Positions 61,912 to 64,000 of a stretch of 64,000 nucleotides of DNA are shown piece after piece. The notes beneath the pieces were generated by a model. It ran no database searches, had not been told where the DNA came from, and worked only from the letters and a program-made list of their open reading frames with translations. Every line of letters starts with the position of its first letter. Position 1 is the first letter of the stretch. The stretch is from assembly GCA_964016885.1 (NCBI GenBank), contig OZ024740.1:148862001-148926000 (forward strand), in the 5' to 3' direction. The position numbers and the translations under genes were made by a program. Origin of the DNA: Eledone cirrhosa (lineage: Eukaryota).

Positions 61912-62285
<374 letters not shown>

Positions 62286-62641
62286 TTTGAGAATAAACTC
62301 TCAGTCGTTTACAATAATTAAGCTCCAGGAAGGGGCTCTTCCGAGCAGTTAATACATTCACTCTTTTATTTCTATTCCATTTCGATTCTCTTTATTTTTC
62401 AATTCACATTCCACCGTTGCGAAACTTATTTGGGTTTCGAGGTTCAAATTCGTCTACAGAACAGGTTTGAATTTTGAAATTTAAATATGTCCAGGAATCA
62501 TGGCCGTTGCCAATATAATCTTGTCTTTATTGACTTGTATCGAGACAGACAAATTGTATTCACTTTTATTAGTTTATTTCATTAATAGCTAACTTTGTCT
62601 GTTGCAATGTAAACACATTTCGTGTTTATCATATACTTTAA

Positions 62642-62674
<33 letters not shown>

Positions 62675-62947
62675 ATAAAACATGTCTATAGAATCACCAC
62701 ATAAAATATATACCATTTCCTCTCCCAATTAGCATAATTAACCATATAAAAAATCGATTAGACCAAGCTATAAGAATAAAAGCTTCTATGAAGAAATCTC
62801 CGACAAATAACCGAAAGCAGCCCTTCGCGTCGGTTGCGACGGAGTATTTATTGCGTATTTCGACAGTGTGTATAAATCGCTCAGATATAGTCAACTAAAC
62901 AGAATTAGGTGTAAAATAAACTAGGAGAAAAGTAAACATATTTAGTT

Positions 62948-63025
62948 ACCTCTACCATGGTTTCGTCCGCATTTTAAGATATCCGATAACATCGGACATC
63001 TAGAGCACCGGACTGTTCAGGAAGT
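62948..63025 (-). ncRNA. Hammerhead motif with G8C core mutation
   Basis: Minus strand: ACTTC-CTGAACA-GTCCG...CGGAC-GAAA-CCATGG-TA-GAGGT; the inverted partial copy at 63048-63075 keeps CTGAAGA. Confidence 0.65.
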
Positions 63026-63175
63026 TAGCTCAAATTATTTTGAGTTAACTTCCTGAAGAGTCCGGTGCTCTAGATATAGTTTCAAGCTTATTAGCTATCG
63101 TCAGCAACGTATACCTTCCCGCCAGATTGTTGAACGTATATACTTACCTTCTGCATATTAACAGAAGGAAGGTAT

Positions 63176-63218
63176 ACGTTGCTGACGAAAGCTAATAAGC
63201 TTGAAACTAGTACAGCGT
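63176..63218 (+). ncRNA. Minimal type-I hammerhead ribozyme
   Basis: ACGTTG-CTGACGA-AAGCT(aata)AGCTT-GAAA-CTAG-TA-CAGCGT. Confidence 0.82.
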
Positions 63219-63334
63219 TCCTTTGTCAGTGTTGAACAAACGAGCAACGATGGTTGCTGGACACTACGACTTAATACGGGATGTTTGTTTACAAACACAC
63301 CGAGCATTATAATAAATGTTCGGTGAATCCATAC

Positions 63335-63451
63335 GTACATATATATATGTGTGCATGTATGTATATATATATACATACTACTGTACGTCTGTATACATAT
63401 ATGTATGTACGTGCACATACTTATATATATACATATATATATATATATGTA

Positions 63452-63496
<45 letters not shown>

Positions 63497-63660
63497 ACAT
63501 ATATGTATATATATATGTATATATATATGTATATATATATGTATATATATATGTATATATATATGTATATATATATATATGTATATATATATGTATATAT
63601 ATATGTATATATATATATATGTATATATATATGTATATATATATATGTATATATATATGT
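63335..63660. repeat. (TA)n/(TATG)n array
   Basis: Seen directly in sequence. Confidence 0.95.
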
Positions 63661-64000
63661 CAGGTCACCAGTTGGTGCTACTGGTAACATGTATCCCAGT
63701 ACAACCTGTCTCATGGTCGGGTCGTTGGCGACTAAACTGGCAACCCCACCAAGGTTTCTTGGTGAGGAGGGTGACTTTGGACATCCTGCAGGACTAAAAA
63801 CAAAACCTGTCAAAGGGCAAGGGAGCTCTTAAGACTCAATAGCCATCCAAAATCACCGGGAGAGATGACCCCTTAGCCTTTGTCAAGGCAGAATTCTAGG
63901 AGAAGGAAAACTCTGATATAACACCTGCAACCCTGATGGTATCCAATGATGTTGACTTGTTCTTCTTTTTGGTAAATATCATCTTGGTTAAGAGAGTGGG

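Overview
This is AT-rich eukaryotic genomic DNA, not prokaryotic. The very long (TA)n/(TATG)n arrays and the repeat content suggest a cephalopod such as Octopus (inference). One host gene is present on the + strand: an OATP/SLCO organic anion transporter, SLCO4-like. I traced 8 coding exons (330-43990, 491 codons) with GT-AG boundaries and consistent phases. The C-terminal exons were not found and probably lie beyond the window. The introns are packed with degenerate transposons: RTE, CR1, L1/Tx1, R4-like and CRE-like LINE fragments, Penelope-like elements (PLEs), two inverted deleted mariners, MITEs, a Helitron-like element and SINEs. The signal the ORF track does not explain is a dense set of minimal type-I hammerhead ribozyme motifs: about 13 intact or near-intact and about 6 degenerate, from at least 8 unrelated sequence families. 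Most have palindromic stem III loops, and they show stem covariation and U3-A8 core variants. Some sit in PLE pseudo-LTRs. Others sit in small non-coding, direct-repeat-bounded or fold-back units that resemble retrozymes or non-autonomous PLEs. All structures were read by eye, and none was tested computationally or experimentally.
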